Shown: positions 37,519 to 48,085 of the stretch, piece by piece
How positions within the stretch are numbered: position 1 is the first letter of the stretch
Layout of the letters: each line of letters starts with the position of its first letter
From: an uncultured Gammaproteobacteria bacterium
GTDB taxonomy: Bacteria > Patescibacteriota > Patescibacteriia > Magasanikbacterales > UBA922
NCBI GenBank assembly: GCA_964566225.1
Contig: CAZMHV010000003.1
Location: forward strand, 6,658 to 70,657
Direction of reading: 5' to 3'
DNA: 64,000 bases
Position numbers and translations under genes: made by a program
Notes under the pieces: generated by a model
The model's input: the letters and a program-made list of their open reading frames with translations, nothing else
What the model was told of the DNA's origin: nothing
Database searches by the model: none

Positions 37519-38340
37519 TTAAATTTCTTTTGATCTTCTTTGTTTTTCGAGTTGAATGAGTTTGGTTATTTCGTGATAAATCAAGCCATTTTTAGGAAAC
37601 TTTTCATTAAGCTTTTCTTTGATCTTTTTTGCGGGAAGTGTCTTGTTTTCCCAGATAAAATCAATCATTTCTTGGCTATGTTTTCTTTTTCGTATTTTAA
37701 AGGCTTTTTCTTGATATAAAGTTTGAGCATTTTCAATCCATTTCCACCTTTTTTCAATATAATCTAAAACATCTCTTTTTGAAGCTTTTTGATTTATACA
37801 AATAGCTATTGGATAAGAAGCAAGCATCAACTGACGTTTTGTATTAAGATATATAATTTCTTCACCTTTATTGGCTGGATTTAATTCATCATCACAAAAA
37901 TCAACTAACTGACACATATCCACGATCGAACCCGCTTGAAGAGACAACTGAGGATAGGGATCGGTCTCGTCGATTAACGCCTTAGCAAACATGAGAAGAT
38001 CCAGGTCAAGTCCATATTTGGAAGCTATCTTTTCTTCTTGAATAAAATACTTAGTTCTTAAAAGCTTTTTACATCTTTTGCGCAATAACTCGTATCCCTT
38101 GATAATAAAGTCAAACTCATTGTTAAAATCGTTATGTCTTTTCTTTTGTTCTGGTGTATAGGTATCAAAATTTCCACTGCCATCTAAAGCATTCTGTTTT
38201 TTTTCAAATTGTCGCAACTTCTTGATATCTTTACGAAAGTTTTTATTTCTAATCAGGTCTTCAATGTAACGAAGCATTTTATTTGTCCCTTGGGTAGGGG
38301 GCCAGCTATGACCTTCTTCAGCTATTTTTACACTTTTCAT
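37519..38340 (-). CDS. Hypothetical protein (273 aa)
   Basis: Long ORF, first gene of the element's minus-strand block. Confidence 0.7.
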   Translation of the reverse strand: MKSVKIAEEGHSWPPTQGTNKMLRYIEDLIRNKNFRKDIKKLRQFEKKQNALDGSGNFDTYTPEQKKRHNDFNNEFDFIIKGYELLRKRCKKLLRTKYFIQEEKIASKYGLDLDLLMFAKALIDETDPYPQLSLQAGSIVDMCQLVDFCDDELNPANKGEEIIYLNTKRQLMLASYPIAICINQKASKRDVLDYIEKRWKWIENAQTLYQEKAFKIRKRKHSQEMIDFIWENKTLPAKKIKEKLNEKFPKNGLIYHEITKLIQLEKQRRSKEI

Positions 38341-38554
38341 ATTCTTTACAATTGTTAAGTATTGTAAAGAATAACAGAATTTGGTATAAAATTAAAGTGA
38401 AAGTAGTCCTTTATAATGAACTGGCGGCACTGTTGTGGGCTTTTTATATCGTTACGTCACTTTAGCCGTTCCCGATAGGAACTGTATGGTTCTTATCTTG
38501 GAACGGGCTAAAAGTCGAACGTTTCTATTTATTCAGTCTGTATTTGACTTTTCT

Positions 38555-38692
38555 ATGAAAAATAGAATGACAAGTAAGAGTGTCGCTCGTAAAGCTTCAG
38601 GGCTTTTACGAGCTAGTGTTACCAAGACTGTGAAAGCAGTTGCTGGTAGTGCTCTTTCTCAGAGGGCTCCTAAAAGAGCGACTCGGAAATAA
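38555..38692 (+). CDS. Small basic protein (45 aa) enclosed by a 20-bp inverted repeat
   Basis: MKNRMTSKSVARKASGLLRASVTKTVKAVAGSALSQRAPKRATRK; IR at 38410-38429 and 38704-38723. Confidence 0.55.
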   Translation: MKNRMTSKSVARKASGLLRASVTKTVKAVAGSALSQRAPKRATRK

Positions 38693-38730
38693 CTCTTAAA
38701 ACTTGCCGCCAGTTTATTGTAAATGAATTT

Positions 38731-40293
38731 TTAGTGAGTGGTTATATTTTTAAAACGTGATAATAGTTCAGTTCCATTTAATAGGTTTCTCCATTCTACA
38801 GTTCTGAACGCGTCCAGCAAGGGGAGCATGGCTGGACGTTCCTTATATTCAGCGAGTGCCTGAAGGGGACTTCTTAGCTCAAATAAAAGGTTTTTACCTC
38901 TCAACTGTAAGTTCTGAAATACAAAGTTGAGTATTTGGCGTTTCTCTTCGATTTCAGAACTTTTGAAAATGTCAGAAGCTCTTTGTGCTAAAGAAAGAAG
39001 CTGTGTTGCGCTGAGGCTATAGTTTTCATCTGCATTTGTGTGGTCTTCTAGTTGAAGCTCAATATCTCGTTGCTTTTCTTTGATCTGTTTGAATTTTTTA
39101 TCATAGACGTCCTTAGTAATACTACGGTCGAGCATAAAGTCAAGTAGGGTATCAGATTGTGCTTGAAGGGCGTCATATTCGTTTCTAAGCGTGTTTACAG
39201 CCTGAGAGTGATATTTACTCTTTGTTTCGTTCATCGTGTGTATTTTAGCCGTAATTTCTGCCACTTGTATATCTGAAAGTTGGATACTATTGAATGCCTC
39301 ATAAACAGGTTTTAAGAGATCATTTTCATTTACATAGATACGTTTGCAAGTATATTTTGAGTTTGTACAACTATAATGGTTATATATCTTTTTGTGTCGC
39401 TCAGCGGTAACTCGACAACCACAGTTGGCACATGAAATAAGTCCTTTAAAGATAAAGGGGTGTGAGATTGATTTAAACGGAGTCTTTTTCTTTGATAAGC
39501 GTATTTTTGTAGCTTGTTCAAAAGTATAGCGAGAGATAATTGGCTCGTATTTATGTGGATAGGGTTTAGTTTTAGAGATCATCGTTCCACAATAGAAAGG
39601 ATTTTTCAATATACATTCAATCATGCTTTTGGAGAGTATTTTCCCATTAGCACTTTTTAATCCTTCTTTTTCCATTATATTTTTTATATCAAGCATTGAT
39701 GTGGTGCCAGATATGTACAGATCAAAAATCTTTTTTATATATTGCCTTCGAGATTCATCGACTATAATATCTCGTTGATTTTTTTCTTCACCAATATTGA
39801 GGTAGCCAATAGGTGCTCGGCCTATCCATTCGCCGTTTCGTAGTTTTTGTTCGTAAGCACGTTTAACATTATCACTGATTGCGTCAGAGTAGTATTTTGC
39901 TAGGTGTAGATTCATTCCAAAGTGAAATTTTTCTGTTGCAGAGGTTTTTTGATCTATGACAAGATTTTCAGATGTAAAGTGCAACTCAATTTTTCCTTGT
40001 TGAGCCATTTCGTATAAAAGGGGAACACGCTTGTCAAAGACATTGCGTGAAAGACGATCCACCTTATCAAAGCAGACAGCAACTGTTTCCTTTTGGTTTT
40101 TAAGATATTCAAGAGCTTTATCAAATTCGTCTCGTTTTTGTTTATACGCACTTTCGTCAAAGACAAACTGTTTATCTATTTTTAATCCTTTTCTATCACA
40201 ATAATCCTCGAGTCGTTTAACTTGAGCGGGTAGAGAGTTACCAGCTTCTTTTTGTTCTTCGGTAGAGACTCGTGCTAGAATTATCGATTTCAT
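38731..40293 (-). CDS. Large serine recombinase, attP form (520 aa)
   Basis: Identical to copy 1 up to PAMLP, then LLDAFRTVEWRNLLNGTELLSRFKNITTH. Confidence 0.93.
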   Translation of the reverse strand: MKSIILARVSTEEQKEAGNSLPAQVKRLEDYCDRKGLKIDKQFVFDESAYKQKRDEFDKALEYLKNQKETVAVCFDKVDRLSRNVFDKRVPLLYEMAQQGKIELHFTSENLVIDQKTSATEKFHFGMNLHLAKYYSDAISDNVKRAYEQKLRNGEWIGRAPIGYLNIGEEKNQRDIIVDESRRQYIKKIFDLYISGTTSMLDIKNIMEKEGLKSANGKILSKSMIECILKNPFYCGTMISKTKPYPHKYEPIISRYTFEQATKIRLSKKKTPFKSISHPFIFKGLISCANCGCRVTAERHKKIYNHYSCTNSKYTCKRIYVNENDLLKPVYEAFNSIQLSDIQVAEITAKIHTMNETKSKYHSQAVNTLRNEYDALQAQSDTLLDFMLDRSITKDVYDKKFKQIKEKQRDIELQLEDHTNADENYSLSATQLLSLAQRASDIFKSSEIEEKRQILNFVFQNLQLRGKNLLFELRSPLQALAEYKERPAMLPLLDAFRTVEWRNLLNGTELLSRFKNITTH

Positions 40294-40306
40294 ATGCTTT
40301 GTATTG

Positions 40307-43135
40307 TTAACTTGTCAATAGCTTCTTCTGAAAATCTATTGCAAAGTCGCCTTCGCCACGAGTATCAGAGTTATAGAACTTTATGCCGATTGGCTTTATT
40401 ACTTTGTAGCCGTGCTTACTCATTTCAGCTAGATAATCTTTGTAGGCCTGCTTGTCGTTTTCGCCTGCATCAAACACAACATCACTGTCATCGTTCAGAC
40501 TTATCAAGGCTTCTTCTTTCCAAGCGTCTTGTGCTAGCAAGTGACCACCCTTCGGCTCAATAATTACCTGATAATACAGTTCGTTGCGAGCCACATCATT
40601 GATGATGAGTACATAGTCTGGGCTAAACCTACGACCATCTTTTATGTTATATAGCCAATAGTCCAGTTCGTTACGAATAAGATATATTTCAGCACCTTCG
40701 TATCTAGTGTGTAAGTCGGCAATCTGGCTCGCTAAATATTTCACGAAGCGTTTTTCTTCACTTGTGCCATAGTTTTCACTATACGCATACCAGTCAGCAT
40801 CTTTTATGTTGAACTGTAATTCAGGGTTGTCGTGGTCGCTTTGAGCTTTAGCACGTTCATCAGAACTTATAAACACCTTTTCGCCCGTTACTGGGTCAAC
40901 GGATGGAAACGACATCAAATAAATGTCCTTTTCTTTGCTAAACACCTGCGATAATGACACTGGACGGAACTTGTTGCTACCAGCTTCACGTGGCATATAA
41001 ATATCTATTCGCCTACGGACTTCTGGCAATATCGCACCAACTAGCAGTTGGAGTTTTTCTTGAGCGTTTAGCGAGCCAATATCTTTACCGTCTTCGTAGG
41101 TATAAGTAATTGCGTATTTCGGCAGGTATTTGTTCATCAGTTCATCAACCGTTTGTAGTTCGGGTATATGATGACGTAGGTTGTTGAATCGGAAGAAGTT
41201 GGCTTCGGCACATACCAACGCTTTGCGAATTATTGGTTCCGCAAAGAACTCATCGGTAATGCGTATAACTTTGGTTTTCTGACTCGCAATTTGTTGATTT
41301 TGCTCGTAATCGTTCAAAGCCCTTGCTCGCAGGTTATACAAGCCCGCTTTGATGGTGCGATTGAAGGTAGTGTCAATTTCTTCGTCAGTTGTTTTGTTGC
41401 GTTTTGTCGTGTGGTTGACCAGCACAAATCCTTTTTTATACGTTTCGCTTTCTAAAAAGTGTTGTTTGAGTGTAATGGTCTTCTGTTCAATACCTTCATT
41501 AATAATACCTTCGCCCAGCAAATCACGTTGTAAGTTTTCTAGAAACATACCCGTTTTTACAAAGTGATACACGAAAGTTTCCAGCACACGCCCACGTTCA
41601 AACGGTGCTTTATCAAATTTACGCTTGTACTTATCAAACTCTATATTTCGCTGTGTAAATTCAAATGTTTGGTTCTCTCTTTCGTCTGGCTTATACGAGC
41701 TTGGTAGTTCATAAGGGAAATACCTAGCCCCACGCCCAATCAACTGAATATCTTGTAACGACACCTTCTTGGCTTCACTAATATCAAAGTGAATAATGTC
41801 GTATAAACTCAATACGTCCCATCCTTCATTCAGAGCATTGACGCTAAATATGGCACGAATGGTGTTTCGTTGACTGTCTAACAGTGGCAATAGCTCGGCT
41901 TTTTCTTTCTTCTGACTGTTATATATCAACGTGTTGTCATGTGCAAAGCTTGCTCGTATTTCGCTAACAAACTTATTTAGTCCATCCCAATCGCCTTGTG
42001 TTACAAAGCCATTTTTAGGCTCCCTCAGCCAATCAAACAAATCTTTTAATATCTCGTGTTCACGATTGTTGTTTTCTTGACCCAATTCTTTTAGGTGGTT
42101 CAAATCTTCTGGTCGCAAACTACTTATGACAGTATCAAAAAATGCACGGTCTTCTTCGCTTTGTGCGATTTTGACAGACTTTATCAACACCACAGGCTTC
42201 ATCTCTACGCCCATTTCACGCTGAGCAAGCAATCTACGATATTCGCTTAACACTACGGCATTGACTATCAGTAGGCGTTTTTGGTCTTCAGTGTGAACCT
42301 CTTTGTTGTATAGGAACTTCACGTCTTTGCTATACCTATCACGATTGAACTCCAAGAAATCGTAACGATGAACGAGCTTATCGCTATATTTAGTATGTAT
42401 TGCTTCATTCGCCAAATCTACGGTTGCAGTATATTCAAGTAATAAGTTTTCTTCACGAGCCTTAACTGCCTTCATCACAGCAGTTTCCCAATTTCGCACT
42501 TCTTCTATATCGCCTTTATTTTTACTGCGAGTATCTACGTTCAAACGGTGGGCTTCATCGGCAATAATCACCACGTTGTTATCGGCAAAATCTTGAGCTG
42601 TTAGTCCATTTTCTTTGTCTTCAATTAGATGGTTATACAGCAGTGAAGTGCTAAAAAACATAAAGTTGATAGCATTACGATCTGCGTCCGCTATACTTGG
42701 CACAGCTTTTATACCTACATTACGCCCATTTATTTTGACGCCTTTTGGGTTGAACAAATATTTTTCAAACTTGTAATCGGTAAAGTTTTTGAGCGCTTGG
42801 TCTTTAATTTGTATTTGATGGACTAAAAATAGGAAGTTGCGGTAGCCTTGTGCGTATAGATACAGTACTACAGACGCCATTACGAGCGTTTTCCCAGTTC
42901 CAGTCGCCATATTGAACAGCACATGCTTGGCTTTTGCCCTGTCGCTTTCATACAGCCAAATAAAGTGTTTCAAGGCTCGCACTTGGTACTCACGCAGGGT
43001 TTTGCTCAAATTGTCCGTGATATATTCAGGCACAATAAATGAGCGTTCCCATATTTGGTAGGTAGGGTTGTTTTCTATTTGGTTGAATAGAAAATCGCCT
43101 AATGTTGCATTGATTTTAGTTTTCGTTTTCACCAT
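40307..43135 (-). CDS. res: Type III Res subunit (copy 2)
   Basis: Same translation as 30989..33817. Confidence 0.92.
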   Translation of the reverse strand: MVKTKTKINATLGDFLFNQIENNPTYQIWERSFIVPEYITDNLSKTLREYQVRALKHFIWLYESDRAKAKHVLFNMATGTGKTLVMASVVLYLYAQGYRNFLFLVHQIQIKDQALKNFTDYKFEKYLFNPKGVKINGRNVGIKAVPSIADADRNAINFMFFSTSLLYNHLIEDKENGLTAQDFADNNVVIIADEAHRLNVDTRSKNKGDIEEVRNWETAVMKAVKAREENLLLEYTATVDLANEAIHTKYSDKLVHRYDFLEFNRDRYSKDVKFLYNKEVHTEDQKRLLIVNAVVLSEYRRLLAQREMGVEMKPVVLIKSVKIAQSEEDRAFFDTVISSLRPEDLNHLKELGQENNNREHEILKDLFDWLREPKNGFVTQGDWDGLNKFVSEIRASFAHDNTLIYNSQKKEKAELLPLLDSQRNTIRAIFSVNALNEGWDVLSLYDIIHFDISEAKKVSLQDIQLIGRGARYFPYELPSSYKPDERENQTFEFTQRNIEFDKYKRKFDKAPFERGRVLETFVYHFVKTGMFLENLQRDLLGEGIINEGIEQKTITLKQHFLESETYKKGFVLVNHTTKRNKTTDEEIDTTFNRTIKAGLYNLRARALNDYEQNQQIASQKTKVIRITDEFFAEPIIRKALVCAEANFFRFNNLRHHIPELQTVDELMNKYLPKYAITYTYEDGKDIGSLNAQEKLQLLVGAILPEVRRRIDIYMPREAGSNKFRPVSLSQVFSKEKDIYLMSFPSVDPVTGEKVFISSDERAKAQSDHDNPELQFNIKDADWYAYSENYGTSEEKRFVKYLASQIADLHTRYEGAEIYLIRNELDYWLYNIKDGRRFSPDYVLIINDVARNELYYQVIIEPKGGHLLAQDAWKEEALISLNDDSDVVFDAGENDKQAYKDYLAEMSKHGYKVIKPIGIKFYNSDTRGEGDFAIDFQKKLLTS

Positions 43136-44831
43136 AGAACTTCTCGGTTAGTGCCTTTTCATCTTTCGATACTGTGTGCCGTGTATCGTTCATATCGGCG
43201 TAATTTAGGTATAGCTGGTTTTCGTCTAGTATGTCGGCAAGTGCCTGCTTGCGACCAGCCAAATCAAGCTTGCGAAAGTTTTCGTCTTTTTCAAACTCGG
43301 CACGGTCAAACCAGAACTTCAAGAAGGCGTTGTTACGCATATCTACATACAGGTTTTCCAGTTCTTTGATACTCGTGGCTTCCATAATAGCGTCAATATA
43401 TTCTTGGTTGTATTTCTTCAACTCAAAGTAAACAAACGAGGTGTTGCTGTAATACTTTTTTATGGCATTTTCTAAACGCTTGAAGGTAACGTTATTTACA
43501 TAGTCCATCTGTTCAATCAAGATGAACTTACGACTACCACCATCTTCGGCATTTTGAGCCATCACAGCCTGTGCGGTAGTGCCTGAACCACCAAAAAAGT
43601 CCAGCACGATGTCATCGGGCTCAGTGCTGATTTGTATACTGTCTTTGACCATAGCAACTGACTTAGGGTAACTAAATACTTTGCCACCAATCATGTCTTT
43701 CAAGTCGCTAGTCCCCGTTGTTCCAGAGTATTCAGGTCTAAACCAAAGCGATTTTGGTCGTTCTCCCTTTATACGAAGTTTAGTGTATATTTTATATTCG
43801 CCATTGACTTTTCTTACTTCCGTTTCGGTTTTCCATTTTTCCATAAGTGTATCTCTGCCCCAACGCCATCTTCGTTCAATTCCATTACTATCAATCGGTA
43901 GCATTTCAACACCGTTTTCAGATTTTGAGATAGACACTTCTTTTGTGTCGGGGTCGTAATAGACAGGGTAAAAAAGATTTGGTCGGTCTTCTCGCCGTGA
44001 GCCATCACCACTACGCTGTAATGGTATGCTTTTATATTTACTTATTTCATCTTCTTGCGGGTAACTGCTTGAATTATCAAAGTTGAAGTCTTTAATTTTT
44101 GCGTATTTGGCATTTTTAGCATATACAATCTTATTCTCGTGTGCGGGCGAAAAAAACTCGTTATATCTTCCCTTTAAATTATGGACAACAGCAAGCACAC
44201 CAAGCCTATTTTCATAACCAAAAATCTCGTCAGCCAAAACGCCCAAATAAAACAATTCGTAGTGGTCAATATCTATAAAAATCATACCATCTTCGGTCAG
44301 CAACTCTTTGGCTACTTCAAGTCTGTTTTTCATAAATGTAAGCCACGAACTGTGATTGAAGTTATTGTTATAGGCAAAGGTGTTGGCGTCCGTGCGGGTA
44401 TTGTAAGGCGGGTCAATATAAATGAACTTAACTTTGCCCGCTAAGCGTTCACGCAGGGTATAAAGTGCTAACAGGTTGTTGCCCTTGATAAGCAGGTTTT
44501 GTTTTAGATTGTCGTCTTCGTCAAAAAACTGAATATCGCTATCGGCGGTCAGTGCCTTTTCTCCGTCTTTGTCTATAAGGCGAAAGTCAGTTAGAACCTT
44601 CGGTTCTTCTAGTGTGTCTATATCTTTACTATCTAGCGTTTGATGTAAAAAGCGTTCATCACGCCCTACATCTTCTTTGCTCATACCCGCTTCCAGCACA
44701 GCGTCCTTGAACGGAAATGATAACACTACATCGTTATCGTTTTTGATAAAACTGCCCTTACTCGTACTGACCAACCCTATCTTATTCGGATATTGCGTAT
44801 ATCTTCCTTTTTTAGATGAATTATTTGTCAT
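43116..44831 (-). CDS. mod: Type III Mod methyltransferase (copy 2)
   Basis: Same translation as 33798..35513. Confidence 0.92.
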   Translation of the reverse strand: MTNNSSKKGRYTQYPNKIGLVSTSKGSFIKNDNDVVLSFPFKDAVLEAGMSKEDVGRDERFLHQTLDSKDIDTLEEPKVLTDFRLIDKDGEKALTADSDIQFFDEDDNLKQNLLIKGNNLLALYTLRERLAGKVKFIYIDPPYNTRTDANTFAYNNNFNHSSWLTFMKNRLEVAKELLTEDGMIFIDIDHYELFYLGVLADEIFGYENRLGVLAVVHNLKGRYNEFFSPAHENKIVYAKNAKYAKIKDFNFDNSSSYPQEDEISKYKSIPLQRSGDGSRREDRPNLFYPVYYDPDTKEVSISKSENGVEMLPIDSNGIERRWRWGRDTLMEKWKTETEVRKVNGEYKIYTKLRIKGERPKSLWFRPEYSGTTGTSDLKDMIGGKVFSYPKSVAMVKDSIQISTEPDDIVLDFFGGSGTTAQAVMAQNAEDGGSRKFILIEQMDYVNNVTFKRLENAIKKYYSNTSFVYFELKKYNQEYIDAIMEATSIKELENLYVDMRNNAFLKFWFDRAEFEKDENFRKLDLAGRKQALADILDENQLYLNYADMNDTRHTVSKDEKALTEKFYGENEN

Positions 44832-44834
44832 AAT

Positions 44835-45200
44835 TTATTGGGTACTTACTTGTTTTAAAAATGTATCAAACTCTTTTTGATCAATTCTGTATTCTTTACC
44901 AATTTTATATGCTGTTAATTTTCCAGCTTTGATATAACGATAAATGGTCATCGGGTTAACCCTTAGTTTATTTGCTAGTTCTTCTACTAAGTAAAAGTCA
45001 TTTTTATTTTCTTGTTTTGACAGATCTATTTTTACTATAGGAGCTTCTTGGTTATTTTTAGGAATTGGTTTATAAACCAGTTTTACCAACTGTAAAAGTT
45101 TATGTGCCTGTTGAAAGGCATCGTCCTTGGATAATCTTTCGCCAAACTGTTCCTCGTATAACTTTTGAAACTCTTCTAGAGCTTTATCATCTATTTTCAT
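44835..45200 (-). CDS. Excisionase-type HTH protein (copy 2)
   Basis: Same translation as 35517..35882. Confidence 0.8.
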   Translation of the reverse strand: MKIDDKALEEFQKLYEEQFGERLSKDDAFQQAHKLLQLVKLVYKPIPKNNQEAPIVKIDLSKQENKNDFYLVEELANKLRVNPMTIYRYIKAGKLTAYKIGKEYRIDQKEFDTFLKQVSTQ

Positions 45201-45241
45201 ATGTTTATAGTTAATGTAATTATACTTTACTTTGGTTTACA

Positions 45242-46363
45242 TTACAAACTGAGTTTATAGGGCTCAAAAGTGGATAACTCTTTTTCAATATCTTGAACAA
45301 AACCATGGGTATTTATGGGGAAAGGAGGGGATTTAAAACGTGCCAAGTCTCTTTTAACGTCATTCCAATCTGCCTTGGGTCTATAAGAAGCCACAATAGT
45401 CCTGAGTTGTCTCATTCCTTGGTCTTTGGCTAATAAATTAAAGCCTACAGCCTTAACGGCTTGTTTTATGCTTAGTGTTGGGTCGTGGTGAAGTGTCCTT
45501 TTAAGGATAGAAAGTGGATTCGTATCCATATCAAGTACAAATTTGTTATTATCGTTAAAAAAGTCAGACCAATATTTTTGAAGGATGTTTTGGGAACGTT
45601 CATGGCTTAGGATATCTTTAAGGGTAGGATTTTGTTTATAGCCAAGTTTGAATAATGTCTTGTTTACGTATTTTTTGGTGGAAAGGCGTATTTCAATTCG
45701 TAATAATTTGTGAGATATTATCGAGTTTTTTACTTTGTCAAAAAGAGAAAGTTGTTTATCAGTTTTATCTTGATCCATTGAACGTTTTTGAGGCCTTGGT
45801 ATATCTGCAAACTTGTCGTACATAACAAAAGAATGTGAGTTAGTATAAAACTGGTAAGCATACCCTTCGTTACGAAAGTCGGCCTTATTTGTATCCATAC
45901 GTTTGGATATGTCAATTTTTGCAAGTTCCTGTATGGCGAGGGTGGCTGTGTATCCGTCAGACAAAGGTATATTCTTTCCTACGTGAAAGGCTACAACTGG
46001 AGCCTCTAAAAGATGATCTGTGAGTATCATAACTCCACGTTCAAACATTCTTTTCCTTAAGGTATCTATTGCTTTTGTATAGTCTTCTTGAGTATATTCG
46101 TTTATATTTTCACCGTCGTTTATGAGCTTTGGGATAGAGCATTCTACTTTCAAAACACGTGTTTGGGCATAGTATTGTGTCGTATAGAGTGTCATGCGTG
46201 GATAGTAATGACTTTCTTTTTCCTGTTTGCTCGGGTTATTTTTGAAGTTGGTTCCAGGGAAAAATCTAAGACTCCCAACGCCATCTGTTGGAGGTGAAAA
46301 TTTATCGTGGTGCATTATTTGATAACGTCCCCAAGGAATGAGGAATATAACAGTATCTACCAT
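45242..46363 (-). CDS. Putative replication initiator (copy 2)
   Basis: Same translation as 35924..37045. Confidence 0.55.
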   Translation of the reverse strand: MVDTVIFLIPWGRYQIMHHDKFSPPTDGVGSLRFFPGTNFKNNPSKQEKESHYYPRMTLYTTQYYAQTRVLKVECSIPKLINDGENINEYTQEDYTKAIDTLRKRMFERGVMILTDHLLEAPVVAFHVGKNIPLSDGYTATLAIQELAKIDISKRMDTNKADFRNEGYAYQFYTNSHSFVMYDKFADIPRPQKRSMDQDKTDKQLSLFDKVKNSIISHKLLRIEIRLSTKKYVNKTLFKLGYKQNPTLKDILSHERSQNILQKYWSDFFNDNNKFVLDMDTNPLSILKRTLHHDPTLSIKQAVKAVGFNLLAKDQGMRQLRTIVASYRPKADWNDVKRDLARFKSPPFPINTHGFVQDIEKELSTFEPYKLSL

Positions 46364-46391
46364 ATCATTACATCTTTTGGGCCTTACAATT

Positions 46392-46652
46392 TTATATAAT
46401 TTCTTTAACTTTTTTAGTGATTGCGTCTTCTATTGCTTTGCTTGTCTCTTTATCTATCGGGTGGTATATGTTAAAACTCTTTTCTGCTACTTTTTTGGTA
46501 GGATAGGTTATTCTATATCCTGAGCCATCTAGCTTAAGGTGTACGCCTATGGACCCAAGGTAGAGAGAGTTGTCTATAACTATAGAGGCCATAGCAATTA
46601 GGCCATCTTTAGGCTTTATTGGTACTATCTGTACTTCTGTTACGTTTTTCAT
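46392..46652 (-). CDS. SpoVG-like protein (copy 2)
   Basis: Same translation as 37074..37334. Confidence 0.65.
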   Translation of the reverse strand: MKNVTEVQIVPIKPKDGLIAMASIVIDNSLYLGSIGVHLKLDGSGYRITYPTKKVAEKSFNIYHPIDKETSKAIEDAITKKVKEII

Positions 46653-46836
46653 AAAGTTGTGGATTATTACGTTTATCTATTTCCCAAAGCAAAGCAAAAA
46701 ACTGAGCAAGATTTGTGATCTGTCCGTTTGTAGAGGGGATCTGGTTGTCAGTCTCTTTTGGATACATAAAACCTGATGGTGTTATCATCAGGTTATCATT
46801 GCTTTACATTTGAAGATAAGAAGTTAGTGACCCACG

Positions 46837-47658
46837 TTAAATTTCTTTTGATCTTCTTTGTTTTTCGAGTTGAATGAGTTTGGTTATTTCGTGATAAATC
46901 AAGCCATTTTTAGGAAACTTTTCATTAAGCTTTTCTTTGATCTTTTTTGCGGGAAGTGTCTTGTTTTCCCAGATAAAATCAATCATTTCTTGGCTATGTT
47001 TTCTTTTTCGTATTTTAAAGGCTTTTTCTTGATATAAAGTTTGAGCATTTTCAATCCATTTCCACCTTTTTTCAATATAATCTAAAACATCTCTTTTTGA
47101 AGCTTTTTGATTTATACAAATAGCTATTGGATAAGAAGCAAGCATCAACTGACGTTTTGTATTAAGATATATAATTTCTTCACCTTTATTGGCTGGATTT
47201 AATTCATCATCACAAAAATCAACTAACTGACACATATCCACGATCGAACCCGCTTGAAGAGACAACTGAGGATAGGGATCGGTCTCGTCGATTAACGCCT
47301 TAGCAAACATGAGAAGATCCAGGTCAAGTCCATATTTGGAAGCTATCTTTTCTTCTTGAATAAAATACTTAGTTCTTAAAAGCTTTTTACATCTTTTGCG
47401 CAATAACTCGTATCCCTTGATAATAAAGTCAAACTCATTGTTAAAATCGTTATGTCTTTTCTTTTGTTCTGGTGTATAGGTATCAAAATTTCCACTGCCA
47501 TCTAAAGCATTCTGTTTTTTTTCAAATTGTCGCAACTTCTTGATATCTTTACGAAAGTTTTTATTTCTAATCAGGTCTTCAATGTAACGAAGCATTTTAT
47601 TTGTCCCTTGGGTAGGGGGCCAGCTATGACCTTCTTCAGCTATTTTTACACTTTTCAT
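46837..47658 (-). CDS. Hypothetical protein (copy 2)
   Basis: Same translation as 37519..38340. Confidence 0.7.
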   Translation of the reverse strand: MKSVKIAEEGHSWPPTQGTNKMLRYIEDLIRNKNFRKDIKKLRQFEKKQNALDGSGNFDTYTPEQKKRHNDFNNEFDFIIKGYELLRKRCKKLLRTKYFIQEEKIASKYGLDLDLLMFAKALIDETDPYPQLSLQAGSIVDMCQLVDFCDDELNPANKGEEIIYLNTKRQLMLASYPIAICINQKASKRDVLDYIEKRWKWIENAQTLYQEKAFKIRKRKHSQEMIDFIWENKTLPAKKIKEKLNEKFPKNGLIYHEITKLIQLEKQRRSKEI

Positions 47659-47872
47659 ATTCTTTACAATTGTTAAGTATTGTAAAGAATAACAGAATTT
47701 GGTATAAAATTAAAGTGAAAGTAGTCCTTTATAATGAACTGGCGGCACTGTTGTGGGCTTTTTATATCGTTACGTCACTTTAGCCGTTCCCGATAGGAAC
47801 TGTATGGTTCTTATCTTGGAACGGGCTAAAAGTCGAACGTTTCTATTTATTCAGTCTGTATTTGACTTTTCT

Positions 47873-48010
47873 ATGAAAAATAGAATGACAAGTAAGAGTG
47901 TCGCTCGTAAAGCTTCAGGGCTTTTACGAGCTAGTGTTACCAAGACTGTGAAAGCAGTTGCTGGTAGTGCTCTTTCTCAGAGGGCTCCTAAAAGAGCGAC
48001 TCGGAAATAA
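47873..48010 (+). CDS. Small basic protein (copy 2)
   Basis: Same as 38555..38692. Confidence 0.55.
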   Translation: MKNRMTSKSVARKASGLLRASVTKTVKAVAGSALSQRAPKRATRK

Positions 48011-48085
48011 CTCTTAAAACTTGCCGCCAGTTTATTGTAAATGAATTTTTAGTGAGTGGTTATATTTTTAAAACGTGATAATAGT

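Larger units (their letters stand above)
29504..38827 (-). mobile_element. Integrative element, copy 1 (9318-bp unit) in tRNA-Asn
   Basis: GGGAGC core at 29504, 38822 and 48140; all ORFs repeat at an offset of 9318. Confidence 0.9.
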
